Shown here: one piece after another, positions 24,304 through 34,087 of the stretch | How positions within the stretch are numbered: the first letter of the stretch is position 1 | Layout of the letters: every line of letters begins with the position of its first letter | Notes under the pieces: generated by a model | Seen by the model: only the letters and a program-made list of their open reading frames with translations | What the model was told of the DNA's origin: nothing | Database searches by the model: none | Made by a program: the position numbers and the translations under genes | DNA from: Gemmatimonadaceae bacterium | GTDB taxonomy: Bacteria > Gemmatimonadota > Gemmatimonadetes > Gemmatimonadales > Gemmatimonadaceae | Direction: 5' to 3' | Assembly: GCA_036280115.1 (NCBI GenBank) | Contig: DASURJ010001091.1 | Location: forward strand, 1 to 35,872 | Length of the DNA: 35,872 nt

Positions 24304-24959
24304 CAGCGGGGGACCTTCGATTTGCCGGCCACGATCATGAGCATGACCGAGTTGTTGACGCTCGCGGACACGTCCGTCGCGACGCCAGCGGTTCCGAGGA
24401 TGAGCTCCGCGCGCAGCGCGTTGTACTTCGCGGCGATCGACGCGGCCCAGTTGCGCAGGATCGGCCAATGGACGGCCACGAGATCCTCACGGAGCGCGTC
24501 CGCCGAAGCGGGCGCGTCGGTGGGGTCCGTGAGTGCGACCAGGGTGCTCCCGGCCGTGCCCGACGTGCTGTCCGTGAGTGCCGTGGTCGCGGCCGCTGCG
24601 TTCGTCGCCGCGAAGATCGAGACCGGGAACGACATCGCGGACGCGGGCGAGCCCTCGTTCGTGACCGTCCCCAGTTGGATATGCAGGTCCGCCGGTGTCC
24701 CGAGCTGGCCCATGTGAAACACGCCGTACAAGCGCGTGTAGCCCTTCTCGAGCGTGACCGTGAACTTGCCGGCGGTCGCCGTGCGTTGGACGGACGCGAC
24801 GCCGCCGCCGGAGTCCATGAACCCTCCGGCGGTTGCGTCGGCCGCGTCGTCCACACGGGTCAGCGTGGTTTGGCTCGTGCCGTTCGGCCAGAAGCGGAGG
24901 AAGATGACCTCCACGTCCTTGCCGTAGGACGCGAGCGCGCCTCGGCTGGGGATCGACAT
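24303..24959 (-). CDS. Virion structural protein (218 aa), capsid-associated by position
   Basis: Internal ATG at 24959 overlaps the upstream TAA (TAATG). Composition is Thr/Ala/Gly-rich and beta-type. Confidence 0.55.
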   Translation of the reverse strand: MSIPSRGALASYGKDVEVIFLRFWPNGTSQTTLTRVDDAADATAGGFMDSGGGVASVQRTATAGKFTVTLEKGYTRLYGVFHMGQLGTPADLHIQLGTVTNEGSPASAMSFPVSIFAATNAAAATTALTDSTSGTAGSTLVALTDPTDAPASADALREDLVAVHWPILRNWAASIAAKYNALRAELILGTAGVATDVSASVNNSVMLMIVAGKSKVPR

Positions 24960-25456
24960 TACGCCACCGTCCCAGCCGGGCAGTACGCGACGGTGATGGT
25001 ACCGGCGGGCACGATGACGCCCGTTCCGGCGACTGCCTTGACGTAGTAGACCGAGCCGCCGACGGGCACGATGACCTCGGCCGTGTCGCTGACCGGGATG
25101 TTTTCTGCCACCTTCGCGGCCCAGTTTCCCGACCCGCCTGCGGTAGTGTCCACCGAGAAAGCGTCGTCGATCGTCCCAGCTGCGCCGTCGTCCGTTCCGA
25201 TCTGGATGGTGGCGTAGTTGGATGCGTTCGCCGTGAGCGTCGCGGTTGCGGCGGTGTACTTCGCCGAGAGCAGCTCGACCGGGAACGGGTGCGGATTCGT
25301 CCACATGAGCGTGGTTTCGGTCGCATCCGCGGTGGAATCCGCGCCGTTCTCGTACTTGAACGTCGAGGCGAAGAAGTGTTTGATCGAGCTGACCGTCTCG
25401 TCGAGGTTGTGATCAGCCGCGAACTTTTCGTACATTTTTCGTGCGTTATAGGCCAT
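24959..25456 (-). CDS. Virion structural protein (165 aa), possible capsid decoration protein
   Basis: Strong SD (AAGGAG) upstream of the ATG. It lies immediately downstream of the capsid gene. Confidence 0.55.
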   Translation of the reverse strand: MAYNARKMYEKFAADHNLDETVSSIKHFFASTFKYENGADSTADATETTLMWTNPHPFPVELLSAKYTAATATLTANASNYATIQIGTDDGAAGTIDDAFSVDTTAGGSGNWAAKVAENIPVSDTAEVIVPVGGSVYYVKAVAGTGVIVPAGTITVAYCPAGTVA

Positions 25457-25466
25457 TGGCGTCTCC

Positions 25467-26732
25467 TTACGCGGCGGTGTGCGGCCAGGTGCCGACGGTC
25501 CAGTGTCCGGGGTTCTTCACCCACGTCTGCCCGCGCATGCCGATGCGCCCCTGACGCGCGTTCTGCGTGGACGAGTCGAGCCACTTGCCGTTGGCGAGCA
25601 GCGAGCGCGGACATCCGCCCGCGGTGTTGAGCGAGTAGTCCTTCGCGGGTCCCATGTGGAACGTGCCGCTCGGGTAGTCGGGCTCGGAGAGCACGGTCAC
25701 GGTGCCGTTCGGAGTCATGAGCTTCCCGACCTGGAACGAGATGCCAGTCGGTCCAGTACGGTTCGTGTAGAACGTCTGGATATCGATCTCGTTCGCGAGG
25801 TGTTCCATGTCCGTCGGGTTCGTGATGAGCACCGAATCCTCGCTGGCCGACTGGAGGAAAGCCTCCGTACACGCGCGATTGATGCATTCGCGCATCGTCC
25901 CGAGGCCCGTCATGCTCGGCCGAACCCCGGAGAGCATTTGGATGTCCTTCAGGGTCCGATCGACCGTGAAGAACGACTCGCCGCCGCTCGGGTCCGCCGT
26001 CGGAACCCAGGCCAAAAGCCCGCTGTTCGCCTGCGTGTAGGAACCACGCGGGAAAACGTACGTCGCGGTCGTCAGGCCCGTGATGGTCGCGAGCGTCGCG
26101 CCGCCGGTCGAGAGCGTCACCGTGACCGCGTTGGTCTGCCGGTTGATGTCCGTAACGGTGGCGTAGGTCGGGCTCGAGCTGTTCGGCAGGAGCCCACCCG
26201 GAGAGGTGAGGCCTGTGTCGTTCGCGAACTCGAGTTGCATCTTCGGGCGAATGTGCCGAAGCGAGGTGCGACGGTCGAGCTTGATAACCAGCGTCGAGGT
26301 CGTGGTGTTCGAGAGCGTGCCGAGCGTGCCGCCTGGCTGCGAGAGCAGCGCGAAGGACATGCGGCGCCCCCACTCACGGTTCGCGCGCTTCTGCTCGTCG
26401 GCGATCAGCTCGACGATCGCGCCCTTGTTGTTCTCCATGTCGAAGATCGCGGAGTTCTGGATCGAGTAGATCCCGAACATCTCGACCTTGGTCACGAAGA
26501 ACCGGACTTCCTCGGACGGCGCCTGCGCGGCGAGAGCCGTGGAGAAGTCGTGGCCGAAGCCGGCCGGGTCGGAGACCTTGACCACGAGATACTTGCCCTC
26601 GCCGTAGAACGAGGTGTTCCGCGTGATCATGTTCATGAACTTCGACTCTTCGAACATCGGATCGCTGGGATCCTCGTCGTAGAGTCGCTTTTGCAGGTTT
26701 ACTTTCCCTGCGGACGTTGCAGAGGTGGCCAT
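25467..26732 (-). CDS. Major capsid protein (HK97-fold expected)
   Basis: A 421-aa ORF directly after the scaffold gene and before small structural genes. The assignment rests on gene order and size only. Confidence 0.65.
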   Translation of the reverse strand: MATSATSAGKVNLQKRLYDEDPSDPMFEESKFMNMITRNTSFYGEGKYLVVKVSDPAGFGHDFSTALAAQAPSEEVRFFVTKVEMFGIYSIQNSAIFDMENNKGAIVELIADEQKRANREWGRRMSFALLSQPGGTLGTLSNTTTSTLVIKLDRRTSLRHIRPKMQLEFANDTGLTSPGGLLPNSSSPTYATVTDINRQTNAVTVTLSTGGATLATITGLTTATYVFPRGSYTQANSGLLAWVPTADPSGGESFFTVDRTLKDIQMLSGVRPSMTGLGTMRECINRACTEAFLQSASEDSVLITNPTDMEHLANEIDIQTFYTNRTGPTGISFQVGKLMTPNGTVTVLSEPDYPSGTFHMGPAKDYSLNTAGGCPRSLLANGKWLDSSTQNARQGRIGMRGQTWVKNPGHWTVGTWPHTAA

Positions 26733-26762
26733 TTCGAGCCCTTTCGAGCGCGGCCGCTCTGG

Positions 26763-27929
26763 TTACGACAGGAACGTGATGCCCATGTCCTCCAGAACGC
26801 CTTCGCTCACGAGTTGCGCTAGGCGTTCTTCCTTCGTGAGCTTTCGCTCACTGCCGGCCGAAGCGTTCGCGCGGGTTGAGGAAACCGTTCGTCCCGGGAG
26901 CGACTCGCTCTCCGGTTCAACGGGTTCCGCTTGCGCCTGGGTGGCCCGTCCCAGACCCCCGGGTGCGGGGGCACCGCCGAAAAGGTTGGCGGCTAGGATC
27001 CCGTCTATCTTACCGATCGCGGCCGCATCGTCAAGCCCCTCGCTTTGCCGCAGGTTTACGACCGTCTGCACGATCTGCCCGAGGTTGCCGAGCTTGGCGT
27101 ACGCGAGCACGCGCGGGTGCTTCGCCAGTGGCGCGAGGTCCCGTTCCACGAGCTTCGCGGCCTCGGCGTCCGGAAGCTCGGACTTGCGCGCCTCCCAGTA
27201 CGCGCTCTTGTAGGCGATTGCCATATCGCGGAGTGCGGTTCTGTTCGTCGCGGAGAGCTGGCCTGCGACTGCGTTCGTTGGCGCACACACGGCATCGGCG
27301 ACTTCGGCGCGGCGCCGTTCGAGAGCTTGGTTCTGCTGCGCCTCGGTCGCCTGCTTGTCGCGGCCCTCGCGCTCCTTCCGAAGCTCCGCGATTTCGTTGC
27401 GCAGCGCAACGATCTCCGGGTCCGGCTCTTTCTTCTTTCCGTTGCGCGCGACCGCGAGATTGGCCTCCGACAGGAAATCCTCGCCCTTCTGGCCGGAAGC
27501 GGCACGGATGCGCGTGAGGGCGTTCAGCGCCTGTTCGGTCGTCCCCTCGGTCACGAGGCGCAAATCTTGGTTGAACGAGTCGCGGATGTTCTTGAAGTTC
27601 GCGTATTCGCGGCGTTCCTCCTCGCGCTGGGCCTTCTCGCGCTTCGCCCGCTTCTTCAGCTCGACGTACTCGCGGTCCATCTCGACGCGCTTTTTCTTGA
27701 GTTCCTCGCGCGCCTTCGCGACCCAGCCGGGCGAGTTTTCCTCCTCGTCGGGTTTCTCCTCGGCCTTCTCGGGCGGCTCGTCGCCTTCCGGCGGCTGCTC
27801 TTCGGCGGACTTGCGGGAGGCGCGTGTTGCTTCGAACTCGGCGATCGCGTCCTCTACGATGTCGCCGGTTTCCTGGATGGGCGGTGCGCCGTTCGGTGCG
27901 GGGGCTCCGGGGGTCTGCTGCGCGGTCAT
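26763..27929 (-). CDS. Scaffolding protein
   Basis: Internal ATG at 27929 overlaps the upstream stop. The protein is highly charged, Glu/Lys/Arg/Ala-rich and helical (EELKKKRVEMDREYVELKKRAKREKAQREEERREY). It lies between portal and capsid. Confidence 0.65.
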   Translation of the reverse strand: MTAQQTPGAPAPNGAPPIQETGDIVEDAIAEFEATRASRKSAEEQPPEGDEPPEKAEEKPDEEENSPGWVAKAREELKKKRVEMDREYVELKKRAKREKAQREEERREYANFKNIRDSFNQDLRLVTEGTTEQALNALTRIRAASGQKGEDFLSEANLAVARNGKKKEPDPEIVALRNEIAELRKEREGRDKQATEAQQNQALERRRAEVADAVCAPTNAVAGQLSATNRTALRDMAIAYKSAYWEARKSELPDAEAAKLVERDLAPLAKHPRVLAYAKLGNLGQIVQTVVNLRQSEGLDDAAAIGKIDGILAANLFGGAPAPGGLGRATQAQAEPVEPESESLPGRTVSSTRANASAGSERKLTKEERLAQLVSEGVLEDMGITFLS

Positions 27930-28171
27930 GCTTGGCCTTTCTCTTCGGGCGGTCCCAACCGGACCACGAGTTCCTTGCACAGGCGCATGGCACGATCGAG
28001 CGTCCAGGCGGCATCCAGCATGGCACCGCGGGTAGCGCGCTCGAGTAGCAGGCTGTCCCTGCCCATCTCGTATGCGTTGCGCATGGCTTCTTCGGGGGTG
28101 GTTTCGTTTTCGCGGACCTGGCGGGCCAGATCCATCAGATTGGAGTCGTCTTGGTTCATGTGTGTTTTCAT
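27926..28171 (-). CDS. Hypothetical small protein (81 aa)
   Basis: Track ORF with ATGA overlaps to both portal and scaffold genes. Confidence 0.45.
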   Translation of the reverse strand: MKTHMNQDDSNLMDLARQVRENETTPEEAMRNAYEMGRDSLLLERATRGAMLDAAWTLDRAMRLCKELVVRLGPPEEKGQA

Positions 28172-30117
28172 TGGAGCATCGGGGGCGCGCCGTTCATGGG
28201 CGGCGTCGCCGCGTTGGGGGGGGCCATCGGGTCACCGGCGGCGACGGGCGGAGGAGGCGGAGGTACTTGCGCCTCGCCCTGCTTGGCGATCTTGTTGCAC
28301 GCCTCGAACCACTTGATCACGTTGTCCACGGTCTCGGGGGATGCGCCGTCCACCTCGAGCCGGTTGATGCGATCGACCGCGAGTTGTTTCGCGAGCGCGG
28401 CGTCGGGATAGATCATGTAGGTCGTCGGCATCGTCTCGTCGGTGAGGCCCTCGCGCGCGCACCGGTCCAGGGACTTCTGGATGTTCTTCTCGCGCGCGTT
28501 CGTGTCGCCGAGCACCGCGCCCACGTCGGGGAACTCTTCGAACATGGCCGTCGCGGCGCGCACCGCTAGATCCGGATTCACCTGGCGCAGGCGTTCGAGT
28601 CGGCTGATCTTCATGCCGGGAGACTGCGGGAGCAAGTTCGCGGGCGAGGCCACGACCATGAACGTCTTCCGCTCGAGTTCGACGTCTTTCCAGCGGATAC
28701 GCTGCATAGATTTCGCGTCGCCCCAGAACGTCTCGAACTGCGGGTCTTTCTTTGCCATCCAGCGGCACGCCTCGATCACGTTCTGACCGCATTCTACCCA
28801 GCAGTCTTCCCACGCTTGGTTGCCCTCGAAATGACGCTGCTGCGTGACCTCGGTCAGGTGTTCCATGCCTGGAGCGTGGTCCACGCCGACGGGTCGCTCG
28901 CCACTCAGCATCATGTTGTTGACGCCGGCCTGCTCCTTCATCCACTCGACGATTCGCTGTCGCTCGTTGAACAACTCGGACGGGATCGGCTGCGGTTGCA
29001 GGTACATCGCGGCTCCGCCGGGCGGACCGTTCGTCTCGATGAACGCGGCCAGGTTCGTCGTAAAGTGATTCCGGTTGACCTTGCCCTTTTGCATGAGCAG
29101 GCGCGGAATGGCATGGAAGTACAGCGCTGCGTCCACACGCTCTTCCCACCGGTCTAGCTTGAGCTGCCCTCCCGCGAGTAGCTCCGGGATGCCACACGAC
29201 CAGTAGTCGGTCGGGTTCCGAAGCGGGAAAAAGCCGGAGAGCATGAACCGCTCGAGCGGCCACGGCTCGGAGAGGAGGAGTTTGTTGCTGATTGAAAGCG
29301 TGCGCAGGCCGTCGTGCCCCGGGTCTGGCTTGCGCTTTCCTTTGCCCTTGCCGAGGCCCCACGCCGCGTCGTCGTCGAGGTCCACGTATCCGCTCGGCAG
29401 ATGGATGCTCTCGATCACGAGCACGCGATCGGTTCCGGTCGGGCGCCGCACGTCGCCGACCATCTCGGCGGGCGCGCTGTCGGCCTCAAGAATCTCGTCC
29501 TTGAAATCCGGGAAGTCGGCGATCAACTGGTAGCGGTCCACGGCCATGAGTTCGTGTCCCTGTCTCGGGTCCACGCCGTCGCCGTCTGGGACGAGCCAAT
29601 GCCACGGATAGACCGAGCGCAGGCTCACGCGATTCCGCTCGTAGTCGGGGACAACGCGCACGAAACCGCCGTCGAAGATGAAGCCGTGCTTCGCGACGCG
29701 CCGCCCAAGGTGCGAGTAAGCGCCGTTCGCGCGGAACACGCCCTCAACCGCGCGCATCATGCCTTGCGCCTGCTCGCGTTCGTTCACGCTGCCGGCCTCA
29801 GTGAGGAAGAACGGGCGGATCTTGTTCTGGACGGTGTACGCGACGCGCGTATCCACGCATTCGCGGATGACGTTCTGACCAGGCTGCCCGCCGCTCGCGT
29901 CGATGTCGAGCATCCGTAGCACGTCGCTCGGGTCGGCAGCCTTGCCTTGCGTCAGGTGCCGCGAGTTGCCGAAGTACGCGGTCAGCGCAGCGTCGCCAAT
30001 CTCACGCGCCTCGTCGCCCTGCTCGTTCTTGAGCGAGGTCGCGACGTTCCAAACCGTGTCGTGGATGTCCCGCTCTTCCTCGCGATCCCACCACGCTTCA
30101 TTCGCTAGATCCGCCAT
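28168..30117 (-). CDS. Portal protein
   Basis: A 649-aa ORF between terminase and scaffold. ATG at 30117 is preceded by GAGGAAGGG. The assignment rests on size and synteny. Confidence 0.7.
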   Translation of the reverse strand: MADLANEAWWDREEERDIHDTVWNVATSLKNEQGDEAREIGDAALTAYFGNSRHLTQGKAADPSDVLRMLDIDASGGQPGQNVIRECVDTRVAYTVQNKIRPFFLTEAGSVNEREQAQGMMRAVEGVFRANGAYSHLGRRVAKHGFIFDGGFVRVVPDYERNRVSLRSVYPWHWLVPDGDGVDPRQGHELMAVDRYQLIADFPDFKDEILEADSAPAEMVGDVRRPTGTDRVLVIESIHLPSGYVDLDDDAAWGLGKGKGKRKPDPGHDGLRTLSISNKLLLSEPWPLERFMLSGFFPLRNPTDYWSCGIPELLAGGQLKLDRWEERVDAALYFHAIPRLLMQKGKVNRNHFTTNLAAFIETNGPPGGAAMYLQPQPIPSELFNERQRIVEWMKEQAGVNNMMLSGERPVGVDHAPGMEHLTEVTQQRHFEGNQAWEDCWVECGQNVIEACRWMAKKDPQFETFWGDAKSMQRIRWKDVELERKTFMVVASPANLLPQSPGMKISRLERLRQVNPDLAVRAATAMFEEFPDVGAVLGDTNAREKNIQKSLDRCAREGLTDETMPTTYMIYPDAALAKQLAVDRINRLEVDGASPETVDNVIKWFEACNKIAKQGEAQVPPPPPPVAAGDPMAPPNAATPPMNGAPPMLQ

Positions 30118-30343
30118 TTGCCGCCCTTCCTCGGTTTGCAAGCTTCAGGTGCGCCGCGCGTACGCCGTCCGGCCGCGTCTTCTGCCGCTCGTCCTCGACC
30201 TCGCCAGCCACGTCGAGCGGGCCGAGAATCGCGCTCTTGAGCGCGCCGGACTCGTACAGCTCGCACGACACGACTCCGCCTTCGCGCAGTACGCGCAGGG
30301 TTTCAGCCAAGTCGGGCGAGGGCGTTTCGGTAGGATCCATCAT
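30098..30343 (-). CDS. Hypothetical small protein between terminase and portal (about 70-81 aa)
   Basis: Track ORF filling the 185-nt terminase-portal gap, with good GC3 bias. The start is uncertain: ATG at 30343/30340 or TTG at 30310. Confidence 0.4.
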   Translation of the reverse strand: MMDPTETPSPDLAETLRVLREGGVVSCELYESGALKSAILGPLDVAGEVEDERQKTRPDGVRAAHLKLANRGRAANGGSSE

Positions 30344-31790
30344 CGTTTCCTTGTTCGACGCGCCGCCAGAACTCTTGGACGGGCGTTAGTTCGGGATCGG
30401 GAGTCTTGGGCACGGCCGGCGCGTTCTTGAGCGCGAGCATGTAGGCCGGGATGTAGTCGCAGTGGCGGCCGTCCTTGGTCTTCGGGAGCGAGAGAGACGC
30501 GTTCCCGTTCGAGCTGATCCTCTTCGACATGTTCTGAAAGTCGCTCCGGACCTGCGGGTCTTTCGGCAGCGAGAGCAGGCCGCCACGAAGGAGAGCAACG
30601 ACTTGCTCGGCCAGCGGCAGGCGGTTAGCGCCGGTCAAGTCCTCGCGCACGCACACGACGCCGAACTCTGCCGCGATGTCGATCAGGGCCTCGGCCATGT
30701 TCTGGTCGGTCATGACGTACGGGACGCCGTACGGCTTGAGCAGGCCGGCCATCTCGGCAATGACTGCCTTTGGGCTGAGCGGAGCGCCAGCGCGTGGCTT
30801 CCATTCGCGGTGGAGCACGGTCTCGTAACCGCCCTCGGGATTGCCGCCCATGACGACCAGCGTCCAGGCGTTCGAGCGTGTCGCCGGGTCCATGCCGGCG
30901 GAGTAGGACCAGTGCGGATCGGGCGGCACAGGCTCCGCGTCCTCGCGCTCCGCTGCCTCGATTTCACCGCGCGATAGCAGGGCGAATTCGGGGTCCGAGA
31001 ACACACACATCACGTTCTTGTTGAACGCGTCGGCATTCGTGCGCTCGAGCTCGGCGCAGTTCTCCGGCGAGTATGTCACCGGGTTCATGAGCGGCCCCTC
31101 GGCCTTGCACACCAGGAAATCCGCGTTCGGCTTGCCCCAGTTCTGCTGGAACAGCTCGAACGCTGGGCCGATGGCGCCCTCGGCCGAGCCGATCAGCATC
31201 TCGAGCCCGCCAGGCAGAACGCGCCCGTGGATTGCGTCGCGCGCGCCCTCGAGATTCTTCACGTAGTCCACGCTGGACCCCATGAGGAAAATCTCTTCGA
31301 AGATGATCCCGGGCAACCAGCGACCAACGAGCGTGCGGCCGTACGCGGCGAGGGCCACGACCTTGATTTCCACCGGGCGCCCGCTCTCGTGCTCAATGGT
31401 CACGGAGTCGGCCGTCTGCTTGAGGATCAGCGGGCGCAGGATGTCCGAGTTCTCCAGGATGCCGATGACGTGGGCGAGCGTGGCCTTGCTCGTGTCAATC
31501 TCGGGAGAGACGATCGGGACGCGCAGGGAGTCGCTCGGCTTGACCGGTGCTCCGACGTAGCAGGTGCGCGCGATCTTGATGGCGCAGGCGCTCATCATCA
31601 TCGACTTGGCTGAGCGGATGCCGGCAACGACCATGAGCGAGCGCAGCATCGAACCGAAGTCCGGCAGCTCTTCGCCGTACGCCCGAACGACGTGTGGGTG
31701 CGCGCCGAGCCCGTCGAGCGGGGCACGGTCGAGGAGGCGGCAGTTCGCGATCTGGACGGGCGTCGGTGGCGTGCCCTGGCCCTCGTTCAT
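30303..31790 (-). CDS. terL: Terminase large subunit
   Basis: Deviant Walker A VAGIRSAKS and Walker B-like LPGIIFEE. RNaseH-like nuclease acidic blocks AGMDPATRSNAWTLVVMG, YVMTDQN and RHCDYIPA. The start is taken at ATG 31790; ATG 31901 is an alternative. Confidence 0.8.
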   Translation of the reverse strand: MNEGQGTPPTPVQIANCRLLDRAPLDGLGAHPHVVRAYGEELPDFGSMLRSLMVVAGIRSAKSMMMSACAIKIARTCYVGAPVKPSDSLRVPIVSPEIDTSKATLAHVIGILENSDILRPLILKQTADSVTIEHESGRPVEIKVVALAAYGRTLVGRWLPGIIFEEIFLMGSSVDYVKNLEGARDAIHGRVLPGGLEMLIGSAEGAIGPAFELFQQNWGKPNADFLVCKAEGPLMNPVTYSPENCAELERTNADAFNKNVMCVFSDPEFALLSRGEIEAAEREDAEPVPPDPHWSYSAGMDPATRSNAWTLVVMGGNPEGGYETVLHREWKPRAGAPLSPKAVIAEMAGLLKPYGVPYVMTDQNMAEALIDIAAEFGVVCVREDLTGANRLPLAEQVVALLRGGLLSLPKDPQVRSDFQNMSKRISSNGNASLSLPKTKDGRHCDYIPAYMLALKNAPAVPKTPDPELTPVQEFWRRVEQGNDDGSYRNALARLG

Positions 31791-31857
31791 GCCGCAGCCC
31801 CAATCCGACGTGAAGATCGACTCCACGGTCAGACGGGGAAGTCCGTTCGCGCGGAGT

Positions 31858-32358
31858 TCAGGTTCGGCCGACAATCGGGATCCGCCTGTCGCGCGCCGCA
31901 ATCGCCTCGCGGCAAATCGCGCCCACGATGAGCTGGAACTTCGCGCGGTCGGTCCGCTCGGCGAGCTTGTTCGCGTTCTCGTAGCTCAGCTCGATCGCGT
32001 ACGTGAGCGAGAACCGATCGACGAACGCGACCGCAAAGCCCGTGTGCGTGAACCTGGATTCCGTGGCACCCAGCCCCGCGCTCCGGAGTTCGTTGTTGCA
32101 GGACTCGACGAGCGCTCGGAGGAACTCGTGCTTGGCGCGCTCCGTCGCGTCGATCTCCGCCATCGTCGGAGGAGCGGGTTCGTCGTGCGTCCGGGATTGG
32201 TTCCGGTCGCCGTACAGCTCATCCATCAAGTCGTCGAGGTGCGCCGTTGGATCCGAGCGCTGGTCGCGACGGATGTCCCGAACGATGTCCGCCTCCTCGG
32301 CCGCGTCGATCTGCGGCTCGAGGTTCTCCCCCTCCTCGATGAGGATTCGCTCGGTCAC
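31858..32358 (-). CDS. Hypothetical protein with an acidic N-terminus; small terminase subunit candidate by position only
   Basis: GTG start overlaps the upstream TGA. It lies immediately upstream of terL. Confidence 0.35.
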   Translation of the reverse strand: MTERILIEEGENLEPQIDAAEEADIVRDIRRDQRSDPTAHLDDLMDELYGDRNQSRTHDEPAPPTMAEIDATERAKHEFLRALVESCNNELRSAGLGATESRFTHTGFAVAFVDRFSLTYAIELSYENANKLAERTDRAKFQLIVGAICREAIAARDRRIPIVGRT

Positions 32359-32579
32359 GCGGCCTTCACCTTGGCCGGCGCCGCCGCGTACTCGACGTAC
32401 TTGACGCGATCGACGTGGACGGAGAACGTCCGACGCTTACCCCCGGTTTCGGTGCAATCGACCCAGTGGTCGCCCAGTTCGATTTCGAACTCAGGCCGGC
32501 CTATCTTGGAACCCCCGTTACTGGACCACGGGATCGCCTTCTCGAGCGTGACGCTCAAGACTTCGCGGGCTTTTCTCAT
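32355..32579 (-). CDS. Hypothetical protein (74 aa)
   Basis: Track ORF, coupled to the downstream gene. Confidence 0.45.
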   Translation of the reverse strand: MRKAREVLSVTLEKAIPWSSNGGSKIGRPEFEIELGDHWVDCTETGGKRRTFSVHVDRVKYVEYAAAPAKVKAA

Positions 32580-32616
32580 TCGGCCAGGGTGCTACCCGGC
32601 CGGCGGTCCCGTCAAA

Positions 32617-33693
32617 TCACGCGCCGAGCTTCTCTCGAATCCAGGCCATTCCTGCGGCAATCCGTGCCTTTTCCTCGGGTGGCTCGCCTCGGTCAACGGA
32701 GTGCAATTCGAGGGCCTCTCGTAACCTGCCGGCGCCGCAGAGGGCCTTGCCGAGCGTGCTCCAGCGCTTCCAGCGGTAGACCGAACGGTCGAGGAAAATG
32801 CCGTACTCGGGCTCCTGGAGCGCGCACGCCTGCCTCGCGTACAGCTCGGCCGTGAGGAAGTCGCCGCGCCCGATGTACCACTCGGCGAGTGAGCAGAGGG
32901 GCTCGGCGCGGTCGCGATCTGTGGCGTAGGCGCGCGTGTAGTCCAAGCGCGGGTCTATGCCGATCGTTGCGGCGATGTGGCCGATACATAGGAGCGAGAA
33001 GAAGGCGTGCTCATGCGTCGGGTTCGAGTTGACGCACGTTACGTATGCCACACCGGCCGCTTCCAGTTCTCCGATGTTCCTGAGCGCCTGCCCCAAGTAG
33101 AACCACGCCCGCTCGTCCCTCGGGTGGTCCTTGACCCACTCGGAGAGCAGGCGCGCGTCCTCGGAGTTCTTCTCCCCCGAGTTCCGCCGCGCCGAATCGT
33201 TGTGCTCGATTATGCGCGCGCCGTCCCACCGGACGACGTTCAGCGGCAGCCCGTCCGCGCGCCGGATCGTCTCGTGCGTGATGGGCTCGAACACCCACGG
33301 AATCGACGCGCGAGCGAGTAGGCGATCGGTGCCTTCGACGCCCTCGGGATACTGCGACGAGACGACTACGAGGTCGGCGTCTGGGGGTGAAAAATCTCCG
33401 GTGACCTTGAGCGTTTCGTCGGCGTCGATGAACAGGAGCTTCGCGTCAGGATGTTGCGCCGCGAATGGTTTGCACAGGCGGGCGGCTTCTGTTCTGTTCG
33501 GACCGAATCCAGTCCACGGCCGCTTGAAAATCAGCACCGTTTTTTCTGGCAGCTCCGCCTCAATGATGGCGCACGTCTCGTCCGTTGAACCCGTGTCCAC
33601 GATGACCGCCGCATCGACGTACGGCCTCACCGACCGCAAACACCTCGCGATACAGTGGGCCTCGTTCTTCACAATCATGTTCAGGCAGATCAT
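32617..33693 (-). CDS. Family 2 glycosyltransferase (GT-A fold) fused to C-terminal TPR-like repeats
   Basis: ATG at 33693 preceded by GAGGAAG. Motifs CLNMIVKNEAHCIARCLRSV, VIVDTGSTDET and the DxD motif FIDADE. The C-terminal half has TPR-like helices (AWFYLGQALRNIGELEAAGVAY, LAEWYIGRGDFLTAELYARQA). Confidence 0.75.
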   Translation of the reverse strand: MICLNMIVKNEAHCIARCLRSVRPYVDAAVIVDTGSTDETCAIIEAELPEKTVLIFKRPWTGFGPNRTEAARLCKPFAAQHPDAKLLFIDADETLKVTGDFSPPDADLVVVSSQYPEGVEGTDRLLARASIPWVFEPITHETIRRADGLPLNVVRWDGARIIEHNDSARRNSGEKNSEDARLLSEWVKDHPRDERAWFYLGQALRNIGELEAAGVAYVTCVNSNPTHEHAFFSLLCIGHIAATIGIDPRLDYTRAYATDRDRAEPLCSLAEWYIGRGDFLTAELYARQACALQEPEYGIFLDRSVYRWKRWSTLGKALCGAGRLREALELHSVDRGEPPEEKARIAAGMAWIREKLGA

Positions 33694-33917
33694 CCTGTCT
33701 TCCTCAGCGAAGCGCACCCGCGGCAAAGACGCTCACGGGTTCCGCTTTCGCGTTCGATTTTGACCGACGCACCGAGCGCGCCGCAACGAATGCAGGTGTA
33801 GTGCTTGACCCGTGGCGCCGTGCTCTTCGCGCCACCGCCCGAGCCCGTCACGCGGTGGACGTGCGGACAGGAAAGGACCTCGCAGTAGCCGTACGGGAAA
33901 CCGTGCGAACACTTCAC
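33690..33917 (-). CDS. Small zinc-ribbon protein (75 aa)
   Basis: GTG at 33917 overlaps the upstream TGA. Cys/His pairs C..H...C....CPH and CIRC...CRGC. Confidence 0.45.
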   Translation of the reverse strand: MKCSHGFPYGYCEVLSCPHVHRVTGSGGGAKSTAPRVKHYTCIRCGALGASVKIERESGTRERLCRGCASLRKTG

Positions 33918-34087
33918 GTCGCGGCCCCGTTCGCGTGCTTGCGGACGCGCTTCCTCGGCTTGAGCATCGCGAGGAGTTGCTCCGCGCAAGTCCGGTACGT
34001 CTGCGCGACGCTCGGCTCGCGTTCCTTCGCGCGTTCGAGCCATTCGGCGGCCTTCGCTTCGAATCGGGTGCGTTCGGCGGAGGTCAA
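33914..34087 (-). CDS. Hypothetical small helical protein (57 aa)
   Basis: TTG at 34087 overlaps the upstream TGA (TTGA). The longer track ORF overlaps the upstream gene and is Arg-rich. Confidence 0.3.
   Translation of the reverse strand: MTSAERTRFEAKAAEWLERAKEREPSVAQTYRTCAEQLLAMLKPRKRVRKHANGAAT

Noticed and set aside
26733-26762. A short GC stem (GAGCG-gccg-CGCTC) between the scaffold and capsid genes, considered as a terminator or attenuator
   Set aside because: It has only a 5-bp stem, no T-tract and sits within 30 nt that also carry the capsid SD. That is too weak to call.
25479-28316. Long + strand ORFs (25479..26822, 26876..27517, 27045..28316, 27355..28035) opposite the capsid, scaffold and portal genes
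   Set aside because: They are antisense to genes supported by synteny, SD sequences and stop-start coupling. Their translations are Arg/Gly-rich and non-protein-like.
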